Shown piece by piece: positions 1 to 9,359 of a DNA stretch of 44,277 nucleotides. The stretch is taken from positions 1 to 44,277 of the forward strand of contig DASPVS010000517.1 of assembly GCA_035622235.1 (NCBI GenBank). Reading direction: 5' to 3'. Within the stretch, counting starts at the first letter, position 1; the number at the start of each line of letters is the position of its first letter. The stretch comes from Acidimicrobiales bacterium (GTDB lineage: Bacteria; Actinomycetota; Acidimicrobiia; Acidimicrobiales; UBA8190). The notes below the pieces were generated by a model. The model made no database searches and was not told the origin of the DNA. It saw nothing but the letters and a program-made list of their open reading frames with translations. Both the position numbers and the translations under genes were made by a program.

Positions 1-72
1 CCATTGGGAATCCTCAACCCCGGCAAAGCCCTCTGAACCGGCGGCGACCGCCCCGAGGTCGCGGACAGTGGG

Positions 73-1695
73 TCAGCTCTGGTCGGCTGCGACCGCGGCT
101 TTGTGTCCCAAGCTCCTGAGCACGAGCACGATGAAGACTGCTAGGAGCACGATCACGAGCGCACCTACCCAACCGGGCGTCCAGAACACGAGCAGGATCA
201 GTCCAAGTGCGATAACCACGCCCTGAAGCCACGAGCGATTCTCGGTTAGCCACGGAGTCGCCGGGCCGAGGTTGAACCCGCGGTCGCGTATCCCCTCGAC
301 GAACCAATTCCAGGCACTCACGGCCGCCTTGCGCACCGCAACGGCGGGGCGCGACGGACCCGCCAGCCAAGCGATCACGACGACCAACAGACCGATCACG
401 AAGATGATCCTGATCCCGTTGTGCACGTTGCGGACAAAGGTGTCGAAGAAAGCAGCGGCCGCGTCGGGCGTGAGTGCGTGACCGTGAGAAGCATTGATCA
501 CGCCCGTTCTTGCGAGGCCGAGCGCAATGCCGATGATCCCCATGGCTATCGCAAGGCCCGCTCCGCAGTACATCAAGGTGCGACGCTTTCGGCGTGCAAC
601 TGCGACGGCGACGACGTAACAGGCGAGTGCCAGGATCGGCAGAACGATCGCCGAGGCTTTGAGAATCCTCGTCGCACGCTGAGCTTTCACGAGTTGATCG
701 GACTTGAGAAGCGTCACCGTCCCCCCGACCTTGTCGGCGGGAATCTTCGAGAAGAAGGTGAGTCCCTGAGCAACAAGCGCCTGCTGGACCTTTACGGCCA
801 GCGTATGGAGGTCCAGTGTGACAACTCCCTGACTGTTGGCGCGGACCGCACCCGTGGTGCTGCCGGTCAGGACATTAACAAGCGCCTGGTGCCCGGCACG
901 GTTGATCTTCACCCACAACTCTTCGAACCTTTCCGAGTGGGTGATCTTGTTCGCTGCTGCGTGCACCGCCGAATTCACAGCGCTCGTGAGCGGACCGGCC
1001 AAAACGTCCGCACGAGGCGGGAGGACCTGCTCTATCTCATGGCGCACGTCGACCTTCGCCAACAGCTGATCCGCCGCGATCGTGGCGATGTTCGACTGGA
1101 TCGCCGGATTGCTCCCGAGCGGCGCGACGGTCGCCACGTAATTGTCAGTGTTGAGCAACTGGTTGCGCGCGAACACCGCGAACACGGAGATAAGGGCGAG
1201 CAAGCTGCCCACCACAACGAAGACCCAGGCGAGGACGGTGCGCCACCGCTGCCTGATCCGAGCGGCCTGTTTTGCGCGAGAATCGGCGACCTTCTTCTCG
1301 AGGTCCTGAACGCGGTTGCGAAGCGCTTCTACGTCCTCTTGAGTTTCCGCCTCCTCCGTGGCTCCACCGGTCCCGGCCTTGGAAGTCGCTGCTTCAGAGA
1401 CATCGGCCTTGGAAGCGACTTCCGAAGTCGCCGTGTCCGAAGTCGCCGTATCGGACTCCTTAGAAGTCGCCGTGTCCGACCCCTTAGAAGCTGCCGTCTC
1501 GGAGTCCGACGCCTTAGTTCCCGCAGCCTCCGAGCCCGAACCCTTGGAAGCGGCTCTTCGTCCACTGTTGTGACCGTCGCCGGTGGGTTCGTTCGCCTCG
1601 GTCCCGTCGGTCCCGTCGGCTTTCATCGCGCGCGAGGCTACGCCCCGGACGAGCTCCTCGGGTGCTTCGCCGATTGGCGACGTGAAAGGCACCAA
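73..1695 (-). CDS. Integral membrane protein of unknown function with a disordered Ser/Thr/Ala/Glu-rich N-terminal region
   Basis: 540-aa ORF. The low-complexity N-terminus (SKGSDTATSKESDTATSDTATSEVASK) is encoded by imperfect tandem DNA repeats at about 1380-1510. A coiled-coil-like segment (EDVEALRNRVQDLEKKV) follows, then several long hydrophobic helices. Start uncertain: 1695, or the ATG at 1626 (MKADGTDG). Confidence 0.7.
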   Translation of the reverse strand: MVPFTSPIGEAPEELVRGVASRAMKADGTDGTEANEPTGDGHNSGRRAASKGSGSEAAGTKASDSETAASKGSDTATSKESDTATSDTATSEVASKADVSEAATSKAGTGGATEEAETQEDVEALRNRVQDLEKKVADSRAKQAARIRQRWRTVLAWVFVVVGSLLALISVFAVFARNQLLNTDNYVATVAPLGSNPAIQSNIATIAADQLLAKVDVRHEIEQVLPPRADVLAGPLTSAVNSAVHAAANKITHSERFEELWVKINRAGHQALVNVLTGSTTGAVRANSQGVVTLDLHTLAVKVQQALVAQGLTFFSKIPADKVGGTVTLLKSDQLVKAQRATRILKASAIVLPILALACYVVAVAVARRKRRTLMYCGAGLAIAMGIIGIALGLARTGVINASHGHALTPDAAAAFFDTFVRNVHNGIRIIFVIGLLVVVIAWLAGPSRPAVAVRKAAVSAWNWFVEGIRDRGFNLGPATPWLTENRSWLQGVVIALGLILLVFWTPGWVGALVIVLLAVFIVLVLRSLGHKAAVAADQS

Positions 1696-1880
1696 CCGTC
1701 AGGTGCTGAACACCGCTTCACCCGTTCGAGTTCACCCGTTCCGAGTTCACCCCTTTCGAGGCCGCCCACCACCTCGTGAGCCTCGGGAAAGTAACGTACG
1801 GGCCGAAGCTGGACGCCCGGTTCTGGCGGGCGTTCTCTTCTCCGGCTGCACGAGCGCAGGGAAAGAGCCAGGGGGTTCAA

Positions 1881-3047
1881 ATGGCGATATCCACCGACCG
1901 GATCGAGTTCGACACCTCTGACGTCGACAGATACATCGGCCAACCCGTCGGAGGAGGGCAGCTCAAAGAACCCGTCGCAGTCAACGACATCAGGCGTTGG
2001 GTGCAGGGGATGCAGTATCCCAACCCGTTGCATTTCGACGAGGACTACGCGGCCGGAACCTCGTTCGGGCGAATAGTGGCTCCTCAATCCTTCACGATCT
2101 GCTGCGACGTAGGACACGGTGCAGGTCCTGCGATCGTCGGCAACATCCCCGGCACGCACATGATCTTCGGCGGCGACGAGTGGTGGTTCGGTGGACCTCG
2201 GATCTACTCGGGAGACCTTTTGCGAATGACTCGTCGGTTCGTCGACTACAAGGTTTCTGACACGAAGTTCGCCGGGCCGACGATGTTCTCGCGGGGAGAG
2301 ACCGTCTACCGCAACCAAAGAGGAGAACAGGTTGCCCGTCAATGGTCCACGGCCGTTCGCTACAGGGCCGACATAGCGCGCGAGAAGGGCTTCTTCGAAA
2401 AAGAGGCCCCTCGGCCGGTGTGGTCCGCCGCGGATCTGGCGGACATAGAGACGCGACGTCGGGAGTGGATCCGCAGTTATGCGAAGGACAAGGGCCCGAG
2501 CGTCGAAACCCTCGAGATCGGTGCCCGACTTCCGACCCGTCCCATCGGGCCTCACTCCGTGGCGAGTTTCGCCAGCGAATGGCGCTCCTACACCTTCACC
2601 GTCTGGGGGTCGAGCTATCACGAGGGGCCTGACCATCTGACCGAAGCCGGATGGTTGGACGAGATGGACCGCGATCTCGAAGGCGCCAAGGAGGACCCGG
2701 AGCTGGGGGACGGTCTTTACCACGGCCCCTCGCGTGGCCATACCGACGAGGAGCATGCGCAGCTAATAGGAATGCCGCGTGGTTACGGATACGGAGCATC
2801 GATGGGTGCGTGGGTCCTCGACTACATCGCGGCATGGGCGGGGGACCTGTCCTTCGTCCGCCATTCGAATGTCCAGTACCGCTTCCCGGCTTTTGAAGGC
2901 GATCTGACGTTGCTCGACGGAGAGGTCATCGACCTCCGCAACGATCCGACGCTCGGCACGGCGCTCGTAACCGTGGACGTCAAAATGACGAATCAGAGTG
3001 GGGTTTTGATGGCGAGGGGCCCGGTCGAGGTGGAGCTGCCGGGCTGA
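1881..3047 (+). CDS. Double hotdog-fold (MaoC-like / FAS1-like) hydratase-dehydratase family protein
   Basis: Start moved to the ATG at 1881 (MAISTDRIEF), preceded by AGGGGG. The N-terminal pattern VNDIRRWVQGMQYPNPLHFDEDYA...IVAPQSF is typical of MaoC-dehydratase N-terminal domains. A second hotdog-like half lies at the C-terminus. The family call comes from motif memory, not a search. Confidence 0.6.
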   Translation: MAISTDRIEFDTSDVDRYIGQPVGGGQLKEPVAVNDIRRWVQGMQYPNPLHFDEDYAAGTSFGRIVAPQSFTICCDVGHGAGPAIVGNIPGTHMIFGGDEWWFGGPRIYSGDLLRMTRRFVDYKVSDTKFAGPTMFSRGETVYRNQRGEQVARQWSTAVRYRADIAREKGFFEKEAPRPVWSAADLADIETRRREWIRSYAKDKGPSVETLEIGARLPTRPIGPHSVASFASEWRSYTFTVWGSSYHEGPDHLTEAGWLDEMDRDLEGAKEDPELGDGLYHGPSRGHTDEEHAQLIGMPRGYGYGASMGAWVLDYIAAWAGDLSFVRHSNVQYRFPAFEGDLTLLDGEVIDLRNDPTLGTALVTVDVKMTNQSGVLMARGPVEVELPG

Positions 3048-3076
3048 ACGCCCGGCCGAACCCGAGCAACCGCCCG

Positions 3077-4771
3077 GTGCAGACGACCGACCACGCGACG
3101 AACAGGACGAGCGACCAGACGACAAACCAGACGACAAACCAGGCAACGAACCAGACGACCTTCGAGGGCCCTCCGGTCGAAGACGAACCGGGCATGGGAC
3201 CATTGACGCTAGGGGCCTTGCTCTCTTGTGTCGCAGAAAGGCACGGGCCTCGCGAGGCGCTCTGTTTTCACGAGCGCGACGGCACGGCTCTCAGATGGAC
3301 TTACTCCGAGCTCGAGACCCAGGCCCGTCTCGTCGCGCGAGGGCTCGTCGCAGCCGGCGCGTCCAAGGGAACGCGGGTGGCGTTGCTCATGGGCAACCGA
3401 CCGGATTGGGTTGCCGCTGCCTTCGGCGTGGCCCTCGCCGGAGGGGTGCTCGTACCCGTGAACACGCTTTTCGAACTTCCCGAGATCGAGCACGTCCTCA
3501 AACACTCGGGAGCGGCACTGTTGCTCTATCAAGCGCGACTCGGCCGTCACGACTATCGCGGCGCCCTCGCTCGTCTCGAGGGATCACTCCCATATCTCAA
3601 CCAACATTTCTGCCTCGGCACACCAGAGCTCCAGGAGTTCTTAGAAGCGGGGGACGACGTGGACGCGAAGACACTCGAGGGCAGAGCGCGAGGTGTGTCT
3701 CCCCACGACGACGCGATCGTCATCTACACGTCGGGCACGACAGAGCGCCCGAAAGGAGTTCTCCATTCGCATCGGGCACCGGCGATTCAAAGTTGGCGCT
3801 TCGCTTGCCAGTTGTGCCTGGATCCCACGGTCAGGGTCTGGAGCGCATTTCCGTTTTTCTGGTCGGCGGGATTCTGCATGGTGATGGGAGCGACCCTGGC
3901 GGCCGGCGGGTGCCTTGTACTACAGGAGATCTTCGAACCGGGCGAGGCTCTCGAGCTCATCGAATCCGAACGCGTCACGTCACCGCACGCATGGACGCAC
4001 CAACTCGCGGCGCTCGAGGCACACCCGGACTGGGCCACGCGCGACTTGTCCTCGGTGAGACACGTGGAGTCCTTCTCGAGCTTCGGGCGTCATCCGTCGG
4101 TGCGCGTCGACGGCGCGTGGAGCCCCCGCGCCGCGTACGGGCTCACCGAAACATTCACGATCGTGAGCTCGTTGCCTGCCAACACTCCTGATCACGAACG
4201 TGAAGGTCACGAGGGGCAGATACTTCCCGGGAACTCGGTACGGATCGTGGACGGTACGGGTGCGGCTCAAGGAACGGGCGTTCTAGGGGAGATCAGGGTG
4301 AAAGGGCCCACATTGATGAAGGAATACCTGGGCGTCGCCAAGGAGGAGACGTTCGACGTCGACGGATTCTTCGCAACCGGCGACGCAGGTTTCGTGGACG
4401 ACCAGAATCGCTTGCATTGGGCCGGCAGGACGAACGGGTTGATCAAGACCGGCGGCGCCAACGTGTCGCCCGTCGAGATCGAGAACGAGCTCCTCAGACA
4501 TCCCGATCTGAGCCGCGCGCTCGCCGTCGGGGTCCCGGATGCAGTACTGGGCGAGGTTGTGGTGGTGTGCGCGGTCGCACAGCCCGGTCGCCCCATCGAC
4601 GAGGAGGACTTGAGACAATGGCTTCGCGGACGAATCGCTTCGTACAAGGTGCCCCGCAGGGTCTTGTTCTTCGATGACGAGGACCTCGTCGAAACGGGGA
4701 ACTCGAAAGTGCGCGTCGACGAGTTGAGAGAGCTGGCGATCAGTCGCCTGGCCGGCGAGGACCGCAAGTGA
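3077..4771 (+). CDS. Acyl-CoA synthetase / AMP-dependent ligase (ANL superfamily)
   Basis: AMP-binding motif YTSGTTERPKGVLHSH, plus TGD and C-terminal K motifs (GKTGGANVSP...YKVPRR). Start is either the GTG at 3077, which adds a TNQT-repeat N-terminal extension with high GC3, or the ATG at 3194 (MGPLTLGALL). Confidence 0.85.
   Translation: MQTTDHATNRTSDQTTNQTTNQATNQTTFEGPPVEDEPGMGPLTLGALLSCVAERHGPREALCFHERDGTALRWTYSELETQARLVARGLVAAGASKGTRVALLMGNRPDWVAAAFGVALAGGVLVPVNTLFELPEIEHVLKHSGAALLLYQARLGRHDYRGALARLEGSLPYLNQHFCLGTPELQEFLEAGDDVDAKTLEGRARGVSPHDDAIVIYTSGTTERPKGVLHSHRAPAIQSWRFACQLCLDPTVRVWSAFPFFWSAGFCMVMGATLAAGGCLVLQEIFEPGEALELIESERVTSPHAWTHQLAALEAHPDWATRDLSSVRHVESFSSFGRHPSVRVDGAWSPRAAYGLTETFTIVSSLPANTPDHEREGHEGQILPGNSVRIVDGTGAAQGTGVLGEIRVKGPTLMKEYLGVAKEETFDVDGFFATGDAGFVDDQNRLHWAGRTNGLIKTGGANVSPVEIENELLRHPDLSRALAVGVPDAVLGEVVVVCAVAQPGRPIDEEDLRQWLRGRIASYKVPRRVLFFDDEDLVETGNSKVRVDELRELAISRLAGEDRK
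3114..3161 (+). repeat. Four tandem 12-bp units (ACCAGACGACAA-like)
   Basis: Units: accagacgacaa / accagacgacaa / accaggcaacga / accagacgacct. They are in frame with the 3077 start and would encode (T)NQT repeats. Confidence 0.85.
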
Positions 4772-4855
4772 CGCGCGGCCACGGCAAACGCGTCTCGGAT
4801 CTCGCCAACCCCTGGTTTGAACGAGTTACTGCGGCAGTGAACGGAAGCTCGGTGG

Positions 4856-6160
4856 TCAGTCGCTGCGCCTGGGGCGAAGTTTTCGGACCTCGGCGAGCGC
4901 CCCTGCAAGTTGCCACGACTCCCGGTCGCTCAAGGTCGCGAGCCCGACCCGGATCGCCGGTGGCGAGGCGATCCTGAACCGTTCGCCTGGGGCCACGGCC
5001 CAACCGCGCTCGAGAAGCGATGCGACGACGCCTGCTTCATCGGCAACCGGCACCCACGCAGTCAGGCCGGAACGACATGATGCTTCGATGCCGTGCGCGG
5101 AGAGCGCATCGATGAGATGCCGGCGTCTCGTCGTGTACGAAGCCTCAGCGCGAGCCAGGAGCTGCTCGGTCGCGGAGTCGTCCCACAGTTCGGCGACTAT
5201 CTCCTGGAGCACGTAGCTGACCCATCCCGTGCCGAGGGCCTGGCGGCCTTCCAACCGGGCGATCGTCGCCTCGTCCCCCGCGACGGTCGCAAGACGAAGA
5301 TCGGGTCCGAGAGACTTGGAGACAGAACGAATCGTCGCCCACCGGCCGCGACTTCGGCAGGTTGTGAAAGCCGGCGCTCCTGCGATCGGACCTGCGTGAT
5401 CGTCCTCCACGACGAGGACGTCCTCTTGCCGGCTGAGAACCCGGCGAAGCCCTCGCGCACGATCTGAGTCCCAGGCGGACCCGGTCGGGTTCTGAGCCCG
5501 AGGGGTCATGACCACCGCACCCACACCGCTTGCGAGCGCACTTGCGAGTGACGCGGGTTTGACGCCGAACGCGTCCATCTCCATTGGGACGGCTACGTAC
5601 GCCAGTGCGGAGATCAGGTCAATGACCGCCGTGTAGCCCGGATCCTCGACGGCGACACGATCGCCCGGACGCAACCACGCGCCGAGCACACGTTCGACTC
5701 CGTCGAGCGCGCCTCCTACCACCGCGAGGTTGGCGGGGTCGATTCGATCCGCTTCGAACCGTTCGGCCGCGAGACGGGCGAGGCGCGGCGTGACCGCACT
5801 CGCGTCGTAGGCGCGCCGCGGTGGGGAGACCGTCGGGATCTCGGGTAAAAGAGCCGGGTCCGGGCTCCCCGCCAGAAGGTTGCGAACCCCGGGACCGACG
5901 ACGAGTGGCGTACGGGGGCCGACCGGGGGAGCGCTCACGATGACCGTGCCGGCCCTGCCCTTCCCCCTTGCGATTCCTCTCCATCGCAACTCTCGGTATG
6001 CCGAGGCGACGGTCGTGGGGCTCGACCCGAGTCTGGTGGCGAGCGTCCTCACCGTGGGAAGGGCGGACCCCGGCCCGAGCCGGCCGTTACGGATGGCCGC
6101 CTCAACGTCGTCTGCGATCTCGCGAGCCGTTCGGCCCCGTGGTGTATATTGTTGTGTCAT
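4856..6160 (-). CDS. MocR-family regulator (GntR-type wHTH fused to a fold-type I aminotransferase-like domain)
   Basis: Start moved to the ATG at 6160 (MTQQYTPRGRTAREIADD). N-terminal GntR HTH (LPTVRTLATRLGSSPTTVASAYRELRWRG). Aminotransferase-like domain with the PLP-lysine motif SVSKSLGPDLRLA. The 184-aa upstream extension in the ORF track is Arg/Cys-rich junk and overlaps the divergent gene. Confidence 0.85.
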   Translation of the reverse strand: MTQQYTPRGRTAREIADDVEAAIRNGRLGPGSALPTVRTLATRLGSSPTTVASAYRELRWRGIARGKGRAGTVIVSAPPVGPRTPLVVGPGVRNLLAGSPDPALLPEIPTVSPPRRAYDASAVTPRLARLAAERFEADRIDPANLAVVGGALDGVERVLGAWLRPGDRVAVEDPGYTAVIDLISALAYVAVPMEMDAFGVKPASLASALASGVGAVVMTPRAQNPTGSAWDSDRARGLRRVLSRQEDVLVVEDDHAGPIAGAPAFTTCRSRGRWATIRSVSKSLGPDLRLATVAGDEATIARLEGRQALGTGWVSYVLQEIVAELWDDSATEQLLARAEASYTTRRRHLIDALSAHGIEASCRSGLTAWVPVADEAGVVASLLERGWAVAPGERFRIASPPAIRVGLATLSDRESWQLAGALAEVRKLRPRRSD

Positions 6161-6182
6161 GTTACAGATACGTACTGTAACA
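6160..6182. promoter_or_regulatory. Inverted repeat TGTTACAG-N7-CTGTAACA, candidate MocR operator
   Basis: Perfect 8-bp arms (6160-6167 and 6175-6182) around ATACGTA. It sits at the mocR start codon, in the 114-nt divergent intergenic region. Confidence 0.5.
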
Positions 6183-6274
6183 AATGGCGTGGAGTAAGAA
6201 CAGAACCCTCTAGGACAAGGGTCTGCAAGGACGCGGCCTCGAAGGAACAGGGGGCAGGACGAGGAAGGACATCC

Positions 6275-6970
6275 TTGAGCGTCGACGCAGCACGGGTTCC
6301 AGCCCCTCGATCGTCTGAAGAACCACCGACTGAACGCACGAGGGTGCGTCGGCTGGCGGAGAGGGGACGCTACGACCGGGAAGTGGTTTGCCGCATTCTC
6401 GATGAGGGTCTCGTGGCTCACGTCGGGTTCGTGGACGAGAAAGGGCCGTGCGTCATCCCCACTGCATACGGTCGTGAGGGCGACTGGCTCTACCTCCACG
6501 GCGCGGCAGGCAACGCAGCACTTCGAACGCTCAGGTCGGGCGGGGAAGCGTGCGTGACGGTCACCCTCCTGGACGGGATCGTCCTCGCACGTTCCGCCTT
6601 CCATCACTCGATCAACTACAGATCTGTGGTCATCTTCGGCAGGGCGGAGGAAGTGGTTGAAACCTCGGAAAAACTCCGAGCTCTCATGACGATCGTCGAG
6701 CATGTGGTCCAAGGACGTGGTCGCGACGCGCGCGAGCCCACGGAGTCGGAGCTGAGGTCCACCCGCGTCGTGAGGCTTCCCATCGACGAGGCGTCTGCGA
6801 AGATCCGCACAGGCGGGTCTGTGACCGATCCCGAGGACCTCGAGCTACAAGTTTGGAGCGGACAGATTCCGCTAGCCGTGAAGAGCGGGACGCCAGTTCC
6901 GGATGAGGTCTCGAGTCGCGGCATCCCTGTACCTGCGTACGCCGACCCCTACACCCGTCCGGGCTGGTGA
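6275..6970 (+). CDS. Pyridoxamine 5'-phosphate oxidase-family (FMN-binding split-barrel) protein
   Basis: RRLAERGRYDREVVCRILDEGLVAHVGFVDEKGPCVIPTAYGREGDWLYLHGA is typical of the PNPOx-like family. Proposed TTG start at 6275, preceded by GAGGAAGG. The ORF-track start at 6149 would overlap the mocR start. Confidence 0.7.
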   Translation: MSVDAARVPAPRSSEEPPTERTRVRRLAERGRYDREVVCRILDEGLVAHVGFVDEKGPCVIPTAYGREGDWLYLHGAAGNAALRTLRSGGEACVTVTLLDGIVLARSAFHHSINYRSVVIFGRAEEVVETSEKLRALMTIVEHVVQGRGRDAREPTESELRSTRVVRLPIDEASAKIRTGGSVTDPEDLELQVWSGQIPLAVKSGTPVPDEVSSRGIPVPAYADPYTRPGW

Positions 6971-6971
6971 C

Positions 6972-7811
6972 TCACCGCCTCTTGCGGTACACGAAAAACG
7001 TCGAGCCGACACGCCCTCCAACGCGCCCGTAGGGGACGAGAGGTCCTACCCAGAGCACTTCGATCGTGCGGTAACCCATGCCCCGCATCTTTCTGAGGGC
7101 TCCCAACAAGAGCGGCTGGGCCGCACCTTTTCCCATCAGTGCCGGGCGCGACGCGACCGGTCCCAAGGTTTGCGACCTGTTGACGTTATAAGCGCAGAGC
7201 GCGGCAATGCCTTCCGAGTCCCGACAGAAGATGAGCGAACCCTGGTCGAACGCGCGCATGAACTCGCCGTGCCAGTTCGACCAGTGTTCGAGAGCCCAGC
7301 CTTCGATCTCGTCGCGTTGACTCGGCGACGGTTCGAGGGCCACGCCCTCACCCGGGGGTAGATCGTCGAGGTCTACGACCATGTTGAAGTTCGTCTCCTC
7401 GCGGACGTAGTGGTGACGCTCGAACAGCGCGCACGCGGAGGTCTCGTGAGTCGGGACGCCTGGGAAGAGGAAGTACGGGGGATCGGCGCCGACGGTGACC
7501 ACCCGGGATCCGGCCAGGTCTGCTTCAGCCGATTGGACGAGGAGATGACCGTTTCCCTTGCCCCGAAGCGCAGGGTCCACGGCGAGCAATCTCACATACC
7601 CGTCGGGGTCACCGGGAACGACGGCGACCAGACCGACAGATTCGTCGAAGCGGACGATCGCAGGCTGTTCGGGTGCAAAAAGCGACCTGAGAAGCTCCGA
7701 GTTCGTAAAGGGTTGGGAAATGGCGCGACGGCAGAGCTCTGCGATCTCGTCGAGTGCTTCAGGGCCCACGCGGGGTAGATGGGGGAGGGGCGCGGGCGCT
7801 TCGGAGCTCAC
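6972..7811 (-). CDS. GNAT-family N-acetyltransferase with two GNAT-like halves
   Basis: Two acetyl-CoA-binding-type motifs: LAVDPALRGKGNGHLLV and VASRPALMGKGAAQPLL. Proposed GTG start at 7811, because the ORF-track start at 7985 overlaps the upstream gene that ends at 7855. Confidence 0.7.
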   Translation of the reverse strand: MSSEAPAPLPHLPRVGPEALDEIAELCRRAISQPFTNSELLRSLFAPEQPAIVRFDESVGLVAVVPGDPDGYVRLLAVDPALRGKGNGHLLVQSAEADLAGSRVVTVGADPPYFLFPGVPTHETSACALFERHHYVREETNFNMVVDLDDLPPGEGVALEPSPSQRDEIEGWALEHWSNWHGEFMRAFDQGSLIFCRDSEGIAALCAYNVNRSQTLGPVASRPALMGKGAAQPLLLGALRKMRGMGYRTIEVLWVGPLVPYGRVGGRVGSTFFVYRKRR

Positions 7812-7854
7812 CGCGTTCTCGAGTTCACACGCATCCCGAGTTGCCCGGGCCTGC

Positions 7855-8952
7855 TCATCTGGTCGCGAGCTCGAAGCATGCCCTCGACTCTCGCATCGAC
7901 TCGAGCATGAGCGAGCACAACGACAGTTGTGCGCGGCATCGATCGAGGTTCTGGTCCGTGCGAAGAGTCCGAAAGTATCTGTCACCTTCGAGGTAGTCAG
8001 TCAGGAACCTCACGCCGTTCTCGACAGCCATCCAAGGGCCTGCCCAGCTCAAAGACTCCAACTCCTCGTCCGACAACAATTCGTTCGTCTCGGTCAGGTA
8101 TCCACCGGCCACCGCCGATAGCAATTCCAGGTCGAAATCCACTCGACCGTTGTCGGAAGAGTCCTCTTCCGCGTGCGTCGTAGCGGTTCTCACCAGCTCT
8201 CCCACATCATGAAGGACATTGCCCGCCATCACCGTGTCATAGTCGACTACGCAGACAGCGCGATTTGTTTGCGAGTCGAAGAGCACGTTCGCCACCTTCG
8301 CGTCGTTGTGGACCAGGCGAACGGGGAGCGACTCCAAGCGCGTCCCGAGACCCTCACCCACGCGCTCGGAAAGCTCTCGAGCCGACTTCAATTCCCACCT
8401 CACTGCATTGCGCCGTGAGAAGTCGTCGACCGCCGCCGCGTGCTCGAGTGCAGTCACCCGAGCGCGGAGGTCGTGAAACCGCGGGATCGTGTCCTCGATC
8501 TCCCGAGCGGGTAAGTCGCTCATCGACACGAGAAATCGTCCGAAAACACGCGCTGCTTCGAACGCGTCGTCCCTGTCTTGTACTCGGGCCCGGTTCTCGG
8601 TACCGGGGAGAAACGTCCAGGCTCGCCAGATCGACGGGGGAGAGCCACCGACAGACCCAGGCTCCTCGAAGTACGAGCGACCCTCCACGGTCGGCACGAC
8701 GCGAGGGGCCGGCTCGCCTTTTTCGAGCAGGTGCGTGACGACTCGTTCGCCGTTCGTCACCACGGTCACCGGATCGGGGAAGACGCGTTCGTTCAACCTC
8801 TGCAACACGTATCGCCGCTGGGACGATCCAACGAGGTAGTTGTCGTGAATGTGCCCTCCAGACAGGGTCGTGAGATCGGAGGAACCACCACCGAAGCCGA
8901 ACGCTTCTAGAACCTCGACAGAGGGCCATGCGCGATGTCCCATTGCACTCAC
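7855..8952 (-). CDS. APH/choline-kinase-fold phosphotransferase (small-molecule kinase)
   Basis: LSGGHIHDNYLV nucleotide-binding region. Catalytic loop LVHNDAKVANVLFD, followed by VVDYDTVMAG (DxD). Confidence 0.75.
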   Translation of the reverse strand: MSAMGHRAWPSVEVLEAFGFGGGSSDLTTLSGGHIHDNYLVGSSQRRYVLQRLNERVFPDPVTVVTNGERVVTHLLEKGEPAPRVVPTVEGRSYFEEPGSVGGSPPSIWRAWTFLPGTENRARVQDRDDAFEAARVFGRFLVSMSDLPAREIEDTIPRFHDLRARVTALEHAAAVDDFSRRNAVRWELKSARELSERVGEGLGTRLESLPVRLVHNDAKVANVLFDSQTNRAVCVVDYDTVMAGNVLHDVGELVRTATTHAEEDSSDNGRVDFDLELLSAVAGGYLTETNELLSDEELESLSWAGPWMAVENGVRFLTDYLEGDRYFRTLRTDQNLDRCRAQLSLCSLMLESMRESRACFELATR

Positions 8953-9359
8953 GGGACGACGCTAGCGACGCACGAGTCGCATCCGTCGGACAGCGGCATC
9001 GTCTCCGGCGATCCGCACGGTCTTGGTTTCGCGCATCTGATGGAACCACGACCGTCAACGACTTTCCTCTTGCGGCAATCCCTAGGGCCCGTTCCGAGGG
9101 CCTCAGAACCGCGAACCGCGACAGTGACCGCGCCGAGGGCCCAGTTCGCTCCGACATCCGTTCACCAAATCCGCCAGGGGAGCGAGAACGCGAAGACCTC
9201 CCAGACGCCGTGCCCGGGCCGTCCCCGTGAACCGGCCTAACTTTACATAAGATCCATTATCGGCGTTCTAGCCAGGGTTCGGACGACAATCGGACGAAGC
9301 GGCCGAGGGCTCTTTGACAGCGTTGGCCCGTTGTCGGCGGTTCGAGGGTTTTCGCGTTG

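Noticed and set aside
43-61. Hairpin GCGACC-N7-GGTCGC downstream of the membrane-protein gene as a terminator
   Set aside because: The stem is only 6 bp with no U-tract, and it lies at the very edge of the window. The support is insufficient.
421-1779. 452-aa plus-strand ORF antisense to the membrane-protein gene, and similar shadow ORFs (1638-2756, 3226-4191, 8354-9157, 14548-15561, 38726-39766, 40171-40845, 41737-42783, 43304-43993)
   Set aside because: Each of them lies antisense to, or out of frame with, a gene that has clear family motifs. Their translations are Arg-rich and low-complexity. These are shadow ORFs, as expected at about 65% GC.
6161-6712. 184-aa N-terminal extension of the MocR ORF (track start at 6712)
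   Set aside because: The extension is Cys/Arg-rich junk antisense to the PNPOx-family gene. The conserved GntR HTH begins right after the internal ATG at 6160.
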